From Eledone cirrhosa (lineage: Eukaryota), in contig OZ024743.1 of assembly GCA_964016885.1 (NCBI GenBank), positions 291,028,001 through 291,092,000 on the forward strand: 64,000 bases of DNA. The letters run 5' to 3'. This document shows positions 1 to 12,044 of this stretch, piece after piece. A program made the position numbers and the translations under genes. The notes under the pieces are model-generated. The model worked only from the letters and a program-made list of their open reading frames with translations, was not told where the DNA came from and did not search any database. Each line of letters begins with the position of its first letter. Position 1 is the stretch's first letter.

Positions 1-1323
1 TTTGGTACGAGTGATGAAGAATGTGTCCCGCATGTGCGAGCCAACAGAAATGGAAATACACATCCAACACTTCATCAACCGCATGCAGTTCTCAGGCTAC
101 AACCAAAGAGACAGAGTCAGAGTATACGAAGGAGCCATGGAGAAGTATAATACCCTCATAGAACTGGACATGAAAGGAATTTGCCCATTATACAGGAGCA
201 AATCATGGAATAGCTTAGATAGGGCTAGACATAAGATAGGGAAAGCCACCTCATAGTACGACAACCAGAGAGACCAGAGTGTCATGTTAGTGGACGCTAC
301 CCCTGGAGAGAAATTAGCGAATCAGTGTAGAAAGGCCCTAAGAAAGACCCACTGAAAGATTAAGGTGGTAGAAAAGCCAGAAACCACCATAAAATCCCTG
401 ATCAGCAAAACCTACCCTTTTAAGAAAACCCACTGTACTAATAGGAAATGTATCATATGTAAGGTAAACCCCCAGGATAAACTGTAAAACTAGAAACATA
501 GTCTATAGCATAAGATGTACAGAGGGTACTTGCAGAAACATGACAACAACATACATAGGCGAGACAGCTCCTAGCATAGGTGAAAGGATAGACCAACACT
601 GGGGGGAACTAAAAGGACGAAAAAACGGGTCAGTACTATACGAACATGCCAGACAACAACACGACAGTAACATAGACAACATAGAAATTAGAATAATATC
701 TAAACATAGAAATGGCCCAGCACATAGGCAAATCAGAGAGGCCAGTGAAATAGAACTTAGAAGGCCAAGACTAAACAGAAAGAATGAATGTAATAACAAC
801 AACACCCAAACAAACAACACTGTATAAATAAATAAATAAATAAATAAATAGATAAATAAATAAATAAATACATACACAAGCACAATAACAACAAACACAT
901 ATAAACAAACACTAGTCACCCAATCACGAGCACACATCACACATAACACTATACACCCACGCAAACGCATGCGCAAAGAAGACAAAATAAAATAAACAAA
1001 CAAACAAATAAATAAATATATATATAGACAGACTAAATAAAAATGGCGTAGACATACAATGTAACGGGAGGAAACAATAGCACCACTGACGATGTTGCAG
1101 ATGTGCAACGAAATAACTTTGATAAACTATATATATGTGTTTGTGTCGATATTGTATCTGTATTATTTTTGACCGTCGGTCAGTCAATGGCAACATTGAG
1201 GACCGAATAAATTAGATTACCGATATAAAAGACACAGAAGCGAAAAGCGAAAACCGACCAAACAGTGAGTGTGTTTGTTATTAATTCTGGCAATATTACA
1301 CAAATATGACCCTCCCCAAGTAT

Positions 1324-1329
<6 letters not shown>
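1..1329 (+). mobile_element. PLE family A, degenerate 3' part (RT thumb, GIY-YIG endonuclease, 3' UTR) ending at (TA)n
   Basis: ORF pieces 2..256 and 540..827 match the C-terminus of the 12045..15401 protein, with a premature TAG and frameshifts. Ends with ATGACCCTCCCCAAGTATAACAA followed by (TA)n. Confidence 0.93.
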
Positions 1330-1363
<34 letters not shown>

Positions 1364-1391
1364 AATAATAATAATAATAAATAATAATAAA

Positions 1392-1432
1392 TATATTGCC
1401 AAATATACTATACATACACTCACATATCTATA

Positions 1433-1496
<64 letters not shown>

Positions 1497-1535
1497 TAGA
1501 TATATGAATGTATGTATAGTATATTTGGCAATATA
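1392..1535. repeat. Inverted duplication centred on a (TC)n(TA)n(GA)n tract
   Basis: TATATTGCCAAATATACTATACATAC on the left is the reverse complement of GTATGTATAGTATATTTGGCAATATA on the right. Confidence 0.85.
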
Positions 1536-1719
1536 CTGCTCTGTTTAATCAGCATCTGATTATTACTGGAATTCTATAAGAATCCAGCTTCTATATTTCT
1601 CGGCAGGTTCAGCGGACAGTGTTGGTCTTAATAAACGCTCACAAGTGAGAAACAGACTGTCGGCCGCTCTCTATTGTTTTTGCCGAAAATAAGTAAGTGA
1701 CATAGTCACTACCTCAAAA

Positions 1720-1758
<39 letters not shown>

Positions 1759-1896
1759 TCATATATATATATATATATATAGATATATGTGTGTGTGCGT
1801 GTGTGTGTGTCTTTGTATCTGTGTTTGTGCGTACATGCATATATATGATAATTCTAACATTTAAATAATACTATTACACTCAAACTCTCTCTCTCT

Positions 1897-1943
<47 letters not shown>

Positions 1944-4154
1944 ATTTATATATTGTACACGTATCATAGTTTATTTACCACAAGCACATGAATAATTTAT
2001 ATAGCATAACAAATACCGAAATATATACCCAGTATCATATAAATAGAAATGAATTATAATCAATCAGAATAGAATGGTGCAATTATAACTATCATTTTAG
2101 CCCCGATTAAAATGATCAATGAAAAAAGAATCTTCATCCATTTCGTAATTCAGACATAATATATTTCAAATAATCTATTCCAATCTTTCCTCAGTTAATA
2201 GGTTCAAATGTGTGTGAATATAAGGAAGCTTCTGAAAGTTGACTGGATTTTTCAGAATGAATATTTTCTGAAATATGTGCCACGGATTACCACTTTTCAA
2301 ATTAATCGTTACCTAACATACAATATGCACATATTAAAGCAAATATTCAAAAAAAATATTAATGTGTATTGTAATGTGTATTTTCTTTTTTTTTCACAAT
2401 TGGCTTCATTATATGCATAGCATAACTTTAGGTAGCGATCAATTTTAAACAGTTATCTAGCACTTTTTTTTTCAAATATATTTCTGACCATCCAGCCGAG
2501 GTTTAGCTGGTTACTTACATTAACAATAAAATTACTACACATTTACTTGTAATGTGTGGACAACTGAAGGAGTATCGCCGTCTCTCATTTGCCAGAATTT
2601 CGCCCATGCTACCCTACATGCTATACGAAATTGTTCCTGCTCGAAACCTTTTTTGCAGATCAATCACTGGGTGTCATAAGCCAACCAAAATGGATGACCT
2701 TTACTTGCTTAGCAACATTACTTCTCTTCATTTCAGAAGAACAGTAAATTCCTAAATTGAGAATTTGAAGGAGTAAACAGACCCTCGTCATCCACTCCAC
2801 GGCTGAGAAACAATGACAAACAGGCTCAACTCATGACGCAGCTTTCTACACTCAGTTGCACCACTGAATAACAGAGATTCTTGTCAGCACCTGTCCCTGT
2901 GGTACAGCCACCTTAATAACGTGGAATACAAGCTCACTCCCAGCTCTACAGAATGCCATGACCTGCCTGCAGTGTTGCTAGAACTTATGGTCTTGCTTGA
3001 AGCACCTCTGAATAGTTGTTGGTCGCTGTAGAGTCAACCTTCAGAAACGGGATATGCCACCGATGATGATGCCAACTTCCAATGCGGACAATTACAACCT
3101 TTGGAGAACTTTCTAGTTTGCCCGAATCTTGAGGGTTCGTGCACACTTAGCATCCATGATATCTTAAAACCCCAGGCAAGAAACTGTGTGCAAAACTGAA
3201 TGGGTGTAGCGTAGCATCTTAATAATAGTAAGACTTGTAATGTATATATATAGATATATTTTATCGAAACGGGAATATAAAACGTTTGAATCGGCACCTA
3301 TGTAACTGTTACTCTAAGTGGGATTCAATGTAAACTGAAAGTAAAAAAAGAAGTCGTTTGCCAATGATTCTCTGACAATTGGTATAGAGTTAGAAATGTA
3401 ATTATTAGCTGTACAATTGTGAACGGCATATTTCTACACCTAGTTTGAACCCCCTTTCATCACTAAATAAATGCATGATACTCGGTATATCGAATTTTAG
3501 TTTAACTGGAGAGAAAGCAAGCTATGCAAAACTTTGCAGCCGAATCTCTTTGAAATTACGCGTTGCTGGCTTAATAAAAATAACGACACGACGCTGTGTC
3601 GGCTGATACATCTTTGCTACAACATATATTAGATCTATCGATGTATGCATGGGAGCTGAGCTACAACATCCTCTAGATTGCATAGCGGTTGATCTAGACT
3701 ACTGGTCCAAATTATTAATGTATTGATCCAAATATTTATTATTACATTATTCATCTTGTACAAACTTTTAATTATACTTCAGGCAGTTCTGCTCCTTATC
3801 TATATGAGTAGATGTATCAAGTACCTGTGTTATATATTTATCAATGCAAGATACAAATCTATACGCAATTCACGATATTCCTCTCCTTCAACAAAAGACA
3901 ATGAGAAATAAAGTAAAACACATATATTGTTATCTTGCGACTAACCAAAATCCCATACTATAGAATTTAGTCATATAACGAATACACTAGACATTAAATT
4001 AATATGTGCAATACGTTTCTGTCCGAATACTTAATAAGAAGAGAACTAGATTCTTGACAATTTCGGAAATCACTGAGTTTTGGCTATCTGCAGCGTCTTA
4101 ACTACATTAATATTGATTTGTAAGTAAACGATCATTTGTCGCTATTTCTCGCAG

Positions 4155-4235
4155 AGTTGGCACCATTCCTAATATAGGCATTGGCATGGCAGGCTTGCTC
4201 GATTGTGAAGATATATACATATCCAGACTTTCATG
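4155..4235 (+). other. Weak candidate internal exon (81 nt)
   Basis: Acceptor tatttctcgcAG and donor ATG|GTAAGT. Length divisible by 3, one open frame (VGTIPNIGIGMAGLLDCEDIYISRLS). No recognised homology. Confidence 0.15.
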
Positions 4236-4640
4236 GTAAGTTGTTGCTAAATGTATTGCTTTATTTTCAATAAGGATAATATTTTGACCGAATTGTTGCC
4301 CCAAACTTTAAAAGGAAAACTCTATGTGTTTATATAATTTCATAGCAAATAGCAATTCACAAATCCATTGCTTCATAAACCGAGACGTCAAACATATAGA
4401 ACTACTCTATCATTTCATCCTAGCAAGTCTCCTACTAATACTGCCTATTCATCTAAAATGCGGAAAGCAGAATTTCACCAATTGATATTTGTTCTATACA
4501 CATGTTATCCTTCTAATCCACAAAACTCTGTTCTGAAATCCTCGCAATAATTGAATCTATCTAGAGCAATATCCCTGCACGCATTAGCATACTCATCATC
4601 AAGCCGGAGAAGACAACACCAATTATAATAATAATATCTA

Positions 4641-4846
4641 GTATAGGCACAAGGTCACCAATTTTGGGGAGGGGAAAGTCGATTAAATCGACCCCAGTGC
4701 GTGACTGGTACTTTATTTTGAATTAAAGTATGAATATAAAACCAAAGTTAGCCTCGGTGGGATTTGAACTCAGATCATAAAGGGTCGTAACTCTATGCTG
4801 CGAAGCATGGCGTCCGTCCCTCTACTGAAACTGCCAATCCGACGCT
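4641..4846 (-). mobile_element. tRNA-derived SINE of octopus type, near full length
   Basis: Minus strand has an A-box-like TGGCAG..AGTAGAG and a B-box GAGTTCAAATCCC. Body is shared with copies at 6.7, 22.3, 22.8, 54.6 and 54.7 kb. Confidence 0.85.
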
Positions 4847-4860
4847 CTATAATAATAATA

Positions 4861-5239
4861 AGGAAAATGTGGAAAGCTAAGTAAGTATAAAGATCTATCT
4901 TTTAAAATTGAGAAAATATCATAGTAAGGCCTGTACAATACCAGAGATACTCGTTGCAGCTGGAATTATAAGAACGGAACTAAAAAATATTGGTTTGGAT
5001 ACCTGGAAAGGTATCTCTGCAAGAGATGCAAATAGTGCTGAGCGACACTGTCCATGTCCTGAGAAGGGCATTATCAATTTTAAAATCTTGCAATGACATT
5101 ACTTGGTGTTTGTGCCCATGTGGCAACATTTTTAGGACAATGGTTTGTATAATGCGTTTATTATCAGATTTTGCCTCATGATTCAGGTTCAAAGAAGCAT
5201 AATTCAGAGAATATTTTAAATAATAATAATAATAATAAT
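4861..5239 (+). mobile_element. 3' fragment of an R4/Dong-like (restriction-like endonuclease) LINE in (TAA)n
   Basis: Peptides IPEILVAAGII and IPGKVSLQEMQIVLSDTVHVLRRALS resemble the RLE C-terminus (IPIVIGALG / QKxxLLGTAHILRK). Flanked by (TAA)n on both sides. Confidence 0.6.
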
Positions 5240-5920
5240 TTCCTCATTGATGCCTAGTGTCGAAACAGAGAGGACAAAACAAAAACTGGACAGTGAGATT
5301 AACATAAAACGTGTAAAAATAAAAATAAATGTCAGGTAACAATTAATAATAAATTACTAAAAAATGTTACCCTCTGTGTTGAGTATGACTTAGACAAATT
5401 TAAGAAACCCACAGATACGAGACTAAACTTATCTCCAAAAGCACCTCCGGAGGGTGTCCCGCTCTTCTCTGAAACCCCTAGCCTACAGGCACATGATGAT
5501 GGTAGACACATCCACTAGGGCTTCATTCTCGCTACATTCATCCACCCTTTAAAAGTTGTGCTGGATGGAAGCACTTCCCTCTCAAACCACAATTTCCTTT
5601 CTAAAAGGAACTTGGAAAGGGGATTACCCACAGGGAAATGGGTCTGTTTTCTTCCCTTTCAACTGCATCCAGCACATAACCTATTTCTTTACAGACACCA
5701 GACAAATGGAAACTGCCTTTCACGGCCAAAAGAAGGTTGTGGATCCGTCCTACAGGAGAGAATACCTGTTCGAGAAAACGCCAAATGTCAGCTATGCTGC
5801 AACTCTGGATGAGTGTACCACCAAGCTAGCGATGTCTGGAAGTTGGCTATAGCCCTCAGCTCGAATGTTATCAGGAACAGACCGGTTAGTTCGATGTTGT
5901 TGATGACCTTCCGCACCACA
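5240..5920 (-). mobile_element. Degenerate 3' end of a Tx1/L1-like LINE
   Basis: Minus-strand translation includes TLIQSCSIADIWRFLEQVFSPVGRI, resembling the C-terminal Zn-binding region after RT. Has stops and frameshifts. Confidence 0.5.
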
Positions 5921-6689
5921 AGTCCTCTCTATAACACTAGAGTGGAGATGCTTTGGAACTTATTGCCTGAATTGTAGGTGGCTGTGAACGATTGGCAGCA
6001 TTCAATATGCAAGGTGCTCAGTCACGATCTTCGCTTGACCCACTACTGTAATTCAGTCAAATAGATGAGCTGCTGTAAACCAGTCTCACCAACGGTGAAC
6101 AAACTTCCAGACGGCTGACGAAAACTGGCCGTCTTGCACGAGTTTGGCCGTAAAAGTCCACCATTCGAAAAGCACCAGCTTCACTATTGCTTACATCCAG
6201 GACCACCGACTTACCCTCCGAATCCTGGTAGATCGTACCTACCTCGAGTTCATAACTTTTCTACACAGTACTGCCACCCTGCCTCTCTTTTCAGCTCGCG
6301 GCGTACTATTTAAAGACGTCAAAAAGTGTGACTAGGAAATGTGTATCGGATATCCTAATGTTGCCGACGGCGTTCGCATTAGCAATTAATGACCTGATGT
6401 CGTTGAGCAAGTGAATTCATATAGTTATAAACCCTACTCTTGGAATCACTAGGTTGGCTGAACATATTGAAAAGAAAAAAGTGGGGACGGGATACTTACC
6501 CTCATGTTGCTGCTAGAAATCCGGGTTCGGACTACATATCTGGTTGGGGTCACTTTGTGAACCCCATTAGAATCCCACTCGTGGTTTGACATTTGGGGTT
6601 TCCACGTCTATGTGTGCGTGTGTATGTGTGTGGAGGGGGGGGGGGATCTCCCTAATGTTTTTGCAGATTTTAAGCGAGATTCGCAATAT

Positions 6690-6798
6690 CCCGTCGAGGT
6701 TGACTTTGCCTTTCATCCTTACGGGGTCGATAAAATAAAGTACCAGTAATGCACTGGATAATTGCTGGCCTTGTGCCTAAAGTAGAAACAATTATTAG
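6690..6798 (+). mobile_element. SINE 3' half
   Basis: GAGGTTGACTTTGCCTTTCATCCTTACGGGGTCGATAAAATAAAGTACCAGT...GTAGAAACAATTATTA matches the other SINE copies. Confidence 0.85.
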
Positions 6799-7749
6799 AA
6801 TTGGCACATTAAAAGAGCTTTTTCTTAAAATCTCATCGCATTGTGAATATCTTTACTTCATGCTAGGCAGGTATTTAATCCTGCGTTAGCCTTCATCACT
6901 CGCTTGAAGTTTAGTGTCTGTATTATTAGTTTTTGTTCTTGCGCGTGTAGCATTTTTGTGGGCATTTGTGGTTTTGTTAGTTGTTGCGTCGTCAGGAGAG
7001 CTAGCTCTGGCTGCCTTAATCGATGCAGTGTTGTTGGCGTTGGTGTTTTGTAGATGTGTCTGTGTGTGTGTGCTTGTGTGTGTGAGAGTGTGTGTGTGTG
7101 TGAGAGAGAGAGCATGTCCCTTGTGAACTGTGCTTCCATAATATTTATTCAGCCGTGGTTTGTATTTTTAATGGATATATTTTCTTTCTTTATTCTTGTT
7201 TCGTCTATGCCTTATCATGTTGTCATCAATTTTTGTTTCAAAAAAATACAACAAAAGTATATATTTAATCACATAATCATCCTCAAGCATAACACGGAAA
7301 TACTTTCCCAAAGCCTTTCAACTGTGAGGCACATGGAATAGCCATACATGTCTCCATGTCGCTTCACCTGGAGCAATGAAACCGGTATTGTTATTGTAAA
7401 TACAACTTTTAAAATTCCAATTATAATTTCAAATAATATTTCCTATATTTTAAAGTGTGAGATATATATAAAATCTTGCAATCTCGTGGTTTCAGTATAA
7501 GTTATTAACTCTACATTTCATTTATATATATATATATATATTTAAATATATCTATATATACATATATATCTATGTGTGTGTAGGTGTGTGTGTATACGAA
7601 TCAATAATTGTATATAGTGTATAGATGTTCTTGTCAAGGTAAGCTATTTAAACAGGAGCCTATGATTTGACCAGTTGCCAAAATGCCAATTAGTCGGGAA
7701 TCACGTGAGCATACACATACATACACACACACTCACACATACACACACA

Positions 7750-7831
<82 letters not shown>

Positions 7832-8670
7832 GAGATATATATATATGCATGTCTATGTGTGTGTGTGTGTGTATGTGTTGTACATCAAATAATATACGGA
7901 ATGAATCTTTAAGGTTGTAACCAACGTCAACCAACTAGTCATAGCAAAGCCTAGGGGAATAATCGACAACGCACTATTTCGTGCTTGATAGTGGTTGTCA
8001 AGTCTACATATCTTCTATTTTCTGCCGACATTAAAATAAACTAACGTTTTATAGGTATTTTACTTATGCATATGAGATGATGCAGCATATTTGCATAAAG
8101 GGCGGTCGCCGGCTAAGCTTAGATTTAAAAGTATTAGTATTGGCGCGCCAACATAGAATTATTCACATATATTTACGTGGTATATATTGCATAATATAAG
8201 GAAAGCATTTGAAAATAGTTTGATAGCGTTTGTTGTAAGCAACTTCACATATCTAATCTCAACAAAAGCAAAGGCAGGTAATCTACAACTCGCTATTTCT
8301 CACTCGTTGGCGGTTGTCAAGACTGCATATCTCCCAACCTCTGCTGAGATTAAAATAAGCTTGAATCTTATTCATTTTTTTTGCTTATATATATGTTCTC
8401 AATACGGCCATTTCCATACGTAGCGCTAGCCAGCTTGGGCTAAATTAAAAAAAAAATGTTGGTGCGCCACCTTGGCATCATACACATATATGTACATGCT
8501 GCTTATCAAATAATATTCGAAATGTTTTTGGTGAGGTTAGGAGGCTGATCGTTACAACTTTAAAATTGCATCGTGAATGTCTATGACAGTTTTCTCCTAA
8601 ACATCCCCTACATTTTTCAATATATAACACGTACACAGATGTGTATAACGCTGTGCTGGATCAAAAATAC

Positions 8671-8714
<44 letters not shown>

Positions 8715-8871
8715 TAAGTTATTCCGGGTTTACTCGGAGGTAACCAGAGTAAGTAAGGTACTCAATACATAGCAGAGTAAAATGATGATTTCTTACGAAT
8801 GAAACACTTCTAGTCCTGTAGAATCTCTTCTATATTAAAACTATATATATGTATATATATATATATATATC

Positions 8872-10013
8872 TGAAAACAGGGAGAAAGAAACGATTATTA
8901 GGAAGACAAATATTTGTTTTCCTTTTTTGTTTCTCTTTCTCTTTTTTCAGGGTTATAAAATGATTAAAACGAAATGTTTTACTTTGTGTTACCGGTTTCC
9001 GCATTTTTATGCATTATCAAATGATAGTGAAATGTATTAGTGTGGTGTCACACATGTTAAAGAGAAGATGCAGAAAGAATAATGTTATTTACAAACAAAG
9101 TTTATGAAGTGAAAAGAAAACAGAAAAAGAGAACGGGCATAATGTAAAGCATAAAAAGTCGATGAGAAAGAAAAAAAGAATGTTATTTACAGGCATAGTT
9201 CTTGAAGTTAAGTAGATCAAAATGTGTTAATATAGCCAGTGTGCTTAGTTGATCCATGATACCATGATGGAGGCAATGGCGGACTGAGGTTTGATATGAT
9301 TTCCCTGTTTAGAGAGTTAATATGCAGGGGGAAGCAATTCTTGCTGGATGATATTTAATTTATTTAAGAAAAAGAATTAGGTAGGGTGTGAGGGAGGTAA
9401 CTCTTGTAAATGTTTGTTGTTTGTTGCTGTTTTAGATTGGTCCAATTTTTAGAGCATTAAGTAGAGGTTGGAATTTGTTAATGAAATATGTTTCCTTATT
9501 GGTACGTTGGATGAAAGTAGCGTTGTCTATGAATTTTTAAATGTGGAAAACTTTAAAGTATGGATGTTGGTTGTGAGCACAATTGGCTTAACTTCAAGAA
9601 CTATGCCTGTAAATAACATTATTTTTTCTTCCACATTGACTTTTATGCTCTACATTACGCCCGTTCTTTTTTTCATTTTTCTTTTTCTTTTTACTTCATA
9701 AACCTTGTTTGTAAATAACATTATTCTTTCTGCACCTTCTCTTTAACATGTGTGATACCACACTAATACATTTCCATATCATTTGATAATGCATCAAAAT
9801 GCTGAAACCGGTAATAGACAATTATTAAATATATAAATAGATAAATAAATGCCATTGTTAAATAATAAATAAACAAACTATTACCTTAACTCTTCACACA
9901 AAGTAAAACATTTCGTTTCAATAATTTTCTAACCCAGAAAAAAGAGAGAGAGAAACAAAAAAGGAAAACAAAATATATTCTTTCTAATAATCGTCTCTTC
10001 CTCCCTGTTTTCA
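8872..10013. mobile_element. PLE family D fold-back: minus arm with GIY-YIG C-terminal remnant, plus inverted 3' arm (junction ~9589)
   Basis: 8872-9210 is inversely repeated at 9589-10013, and both ends read CCCTGTTTTCA next to (TA)n. Minus strand 9450-9585 reads CAHNQHPYFKVFHI*KFIDNATFIQRTNKETYFINKFQPLLN, resembling a PLE endonuclease end. Confidence 0.75.
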
Positions 10014-10069
10014 TATATATATATATATATATATCCTAACTCGTGTGCTTCCTCACCACATTTTATTTT

Positions 10070-10105
<36 letters not shown>

Positions 10106-10107
10106 AT

Positions 10108-10548
10108 AATTGTAATAATTTTGCGAGTGACATGTTGCCAATAAAACACACGCCCCTGTCGATTTTCATTTCACTTTATTATAAATTTCTGGTTGGTTCG
10201 ATAACGGGGTGGTTGTTTATATATTCTAAAAGCTCGTTCATCACACATTCTGTAACCTCATCAGGGACTGAGTTTTTATTTTGTTTCTCTCCTTTGTTCA
10301 GTCCTACAACATCTTGTTTTGTGTTACTGGGTAGGTCATAGAATGTGTGTCGAAAGAGCTTTTACAATATATAAACAACCACCCGGTTATCGAACCACCC
10401 AACCAACGGGACTTTTATAATAAAGTGAAATAAAAACCGAGGGCTGCTTGTGTTTCTATTGGCAACATGACCGTACCAAATTTAAACAAAATCTGTTTCA
10501 ACACACGTTTTCAAATATGAAATCTTGCAAAACAAATTCCAAAACAAA
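10108..10548. mobile_element. PLE family B mini fold-back (short left arm, tailed right arm)
   Basis: Inverted copies of the family B 3' end (GGCAACATGAC...). The right arm continues into the TCTGTTTCAACACACG...AATTCCAAAAC tail. Flanked by (TA)n. Confidence 0.75.
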
Positions 10549-10577
10549 ATATATATATATATAAATATACAAATTCC

Positions 10578-11396
10578 AAATTAATATAAATTAATATATG
10601 ATAAACACTAATACAATTATATAAGTGTTGAACGCACATGGCTTTTCAGCGCCTAGCTAGTCCTATACTCGTGCTGCTAGAAATAACAGCCGTTTTTATG
10701 GGACTAAAATTTGGATCAACAAAAGGAGCCGTTAATACTATATATAGAGTTATAAACTCAAACAGTCTTTTACAATTAAATAGCTCAAAGAAAGAGGTAT
10801 TTCTGAGCCGTGAAATACAAATTAATATAAATTAATATATGATAAACACTAATACAATTATATAAGTGTTTGAATTGCAAATGACCAAGCTAGCTAGATT
10901 GAAAAATACTAATTACATTAATACAGTTTTCCTATCTCGATTTAAAATAATAAATCAATAAAAACAAACCCATATTGGCAATAGCCGTGATACCTGGACA
11001 AATTTAAATTTCAAAACACAAACCTGTTCCGCAGACAAATTTAAATTTAAAAACCCAAATTCGTTTCGCAATGATAAGTGAAAAAGTGAAATATTCCATT
11101 TCTGTGCTCTTCGGCAGGTATCCAGAAAATTGGTATGTTTCACCTCAAAATACTTAGGAGGACTGATAAACTAAACAAGTGTTGAACGCACATGGTTTTT
11201 AGCGCCTAGCTAGTCCTATACTCGTGCTGCTAGAAATAACAGCCGTTTTTATGGGACTAAAATTTAGCTAAAAAAAAATGAGCCGTTAATACTATATATA
11301 TAGAGTTATAAACTCAAACAGTCTTTACAATTAAATAGCTCAAAGAAAGAGGTATTTAATTATAAAAGACTGTTTGAGTTTATAACTCTATATATA

Positions 11397-11400
<4 letters not shown>
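10578..11400. repeat. Partial tandem plus terminal inversion of an unclassified repeat
   Basis: 10623-10802 is repeated at 11177-11357, 10578-10627 is repeated at ~10819-10870, and 11358-11400 is an inverted copy running into (TA)n. Confidence 0.7.
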
Positions 11401-11458
<58 letters not shown>

Positions 11459-12044
11459 CGTTTTGGAATTATATATATATATATATATATAAATATATAT
11501 ATATATATTGTTATACTTGGGGACGGTCATATTTGCGTAATATTGCCAGAATTAATAACAGAACACACTCACTGTTTGGTTGGTTTTCGCTTCTCGCTGT
11601 CTTTTATTATATCTGCGATCTAACTTACTCGGTCCTCAATGTTGCCAGTGACTGACCGGCGGTCAAAAATAATACAGATACAATATAGACACAAACACAT
11701 ATATATATATATAGTTTACATAATTTACATAAATCTTTCGTTGCACATCTGTAACATCGTCAGTGGTGTTATATTTATTGTTCCTCCTGTTGTGTTGTAT
11801 GTCTACGCCATTTTTTATTCAGTCTGTCTATATATTTATTTATTTATTTGCTTGTTTGTTTATGTTATTTTATTTTGTCTTCTTTGCGCATGCGTTTGCG
11901 TGTGTGTATAGTGTTATGTGTGATGTGTGACTAGTGTGTATAGTGTTGTGTCTGCTGGGTGACTAGTGTGTGTTTATGTGCTTGTTGTTATTGTGCTTGT
12001 GTATGTATTTATTTATGTTATTTTATTTAATTTTATTTACTTAT

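Noticed and set aside
7890-8560. Diverged ~315-bp tandem similarity
   Set aside because: Too decayed to delimit or classify by eye.
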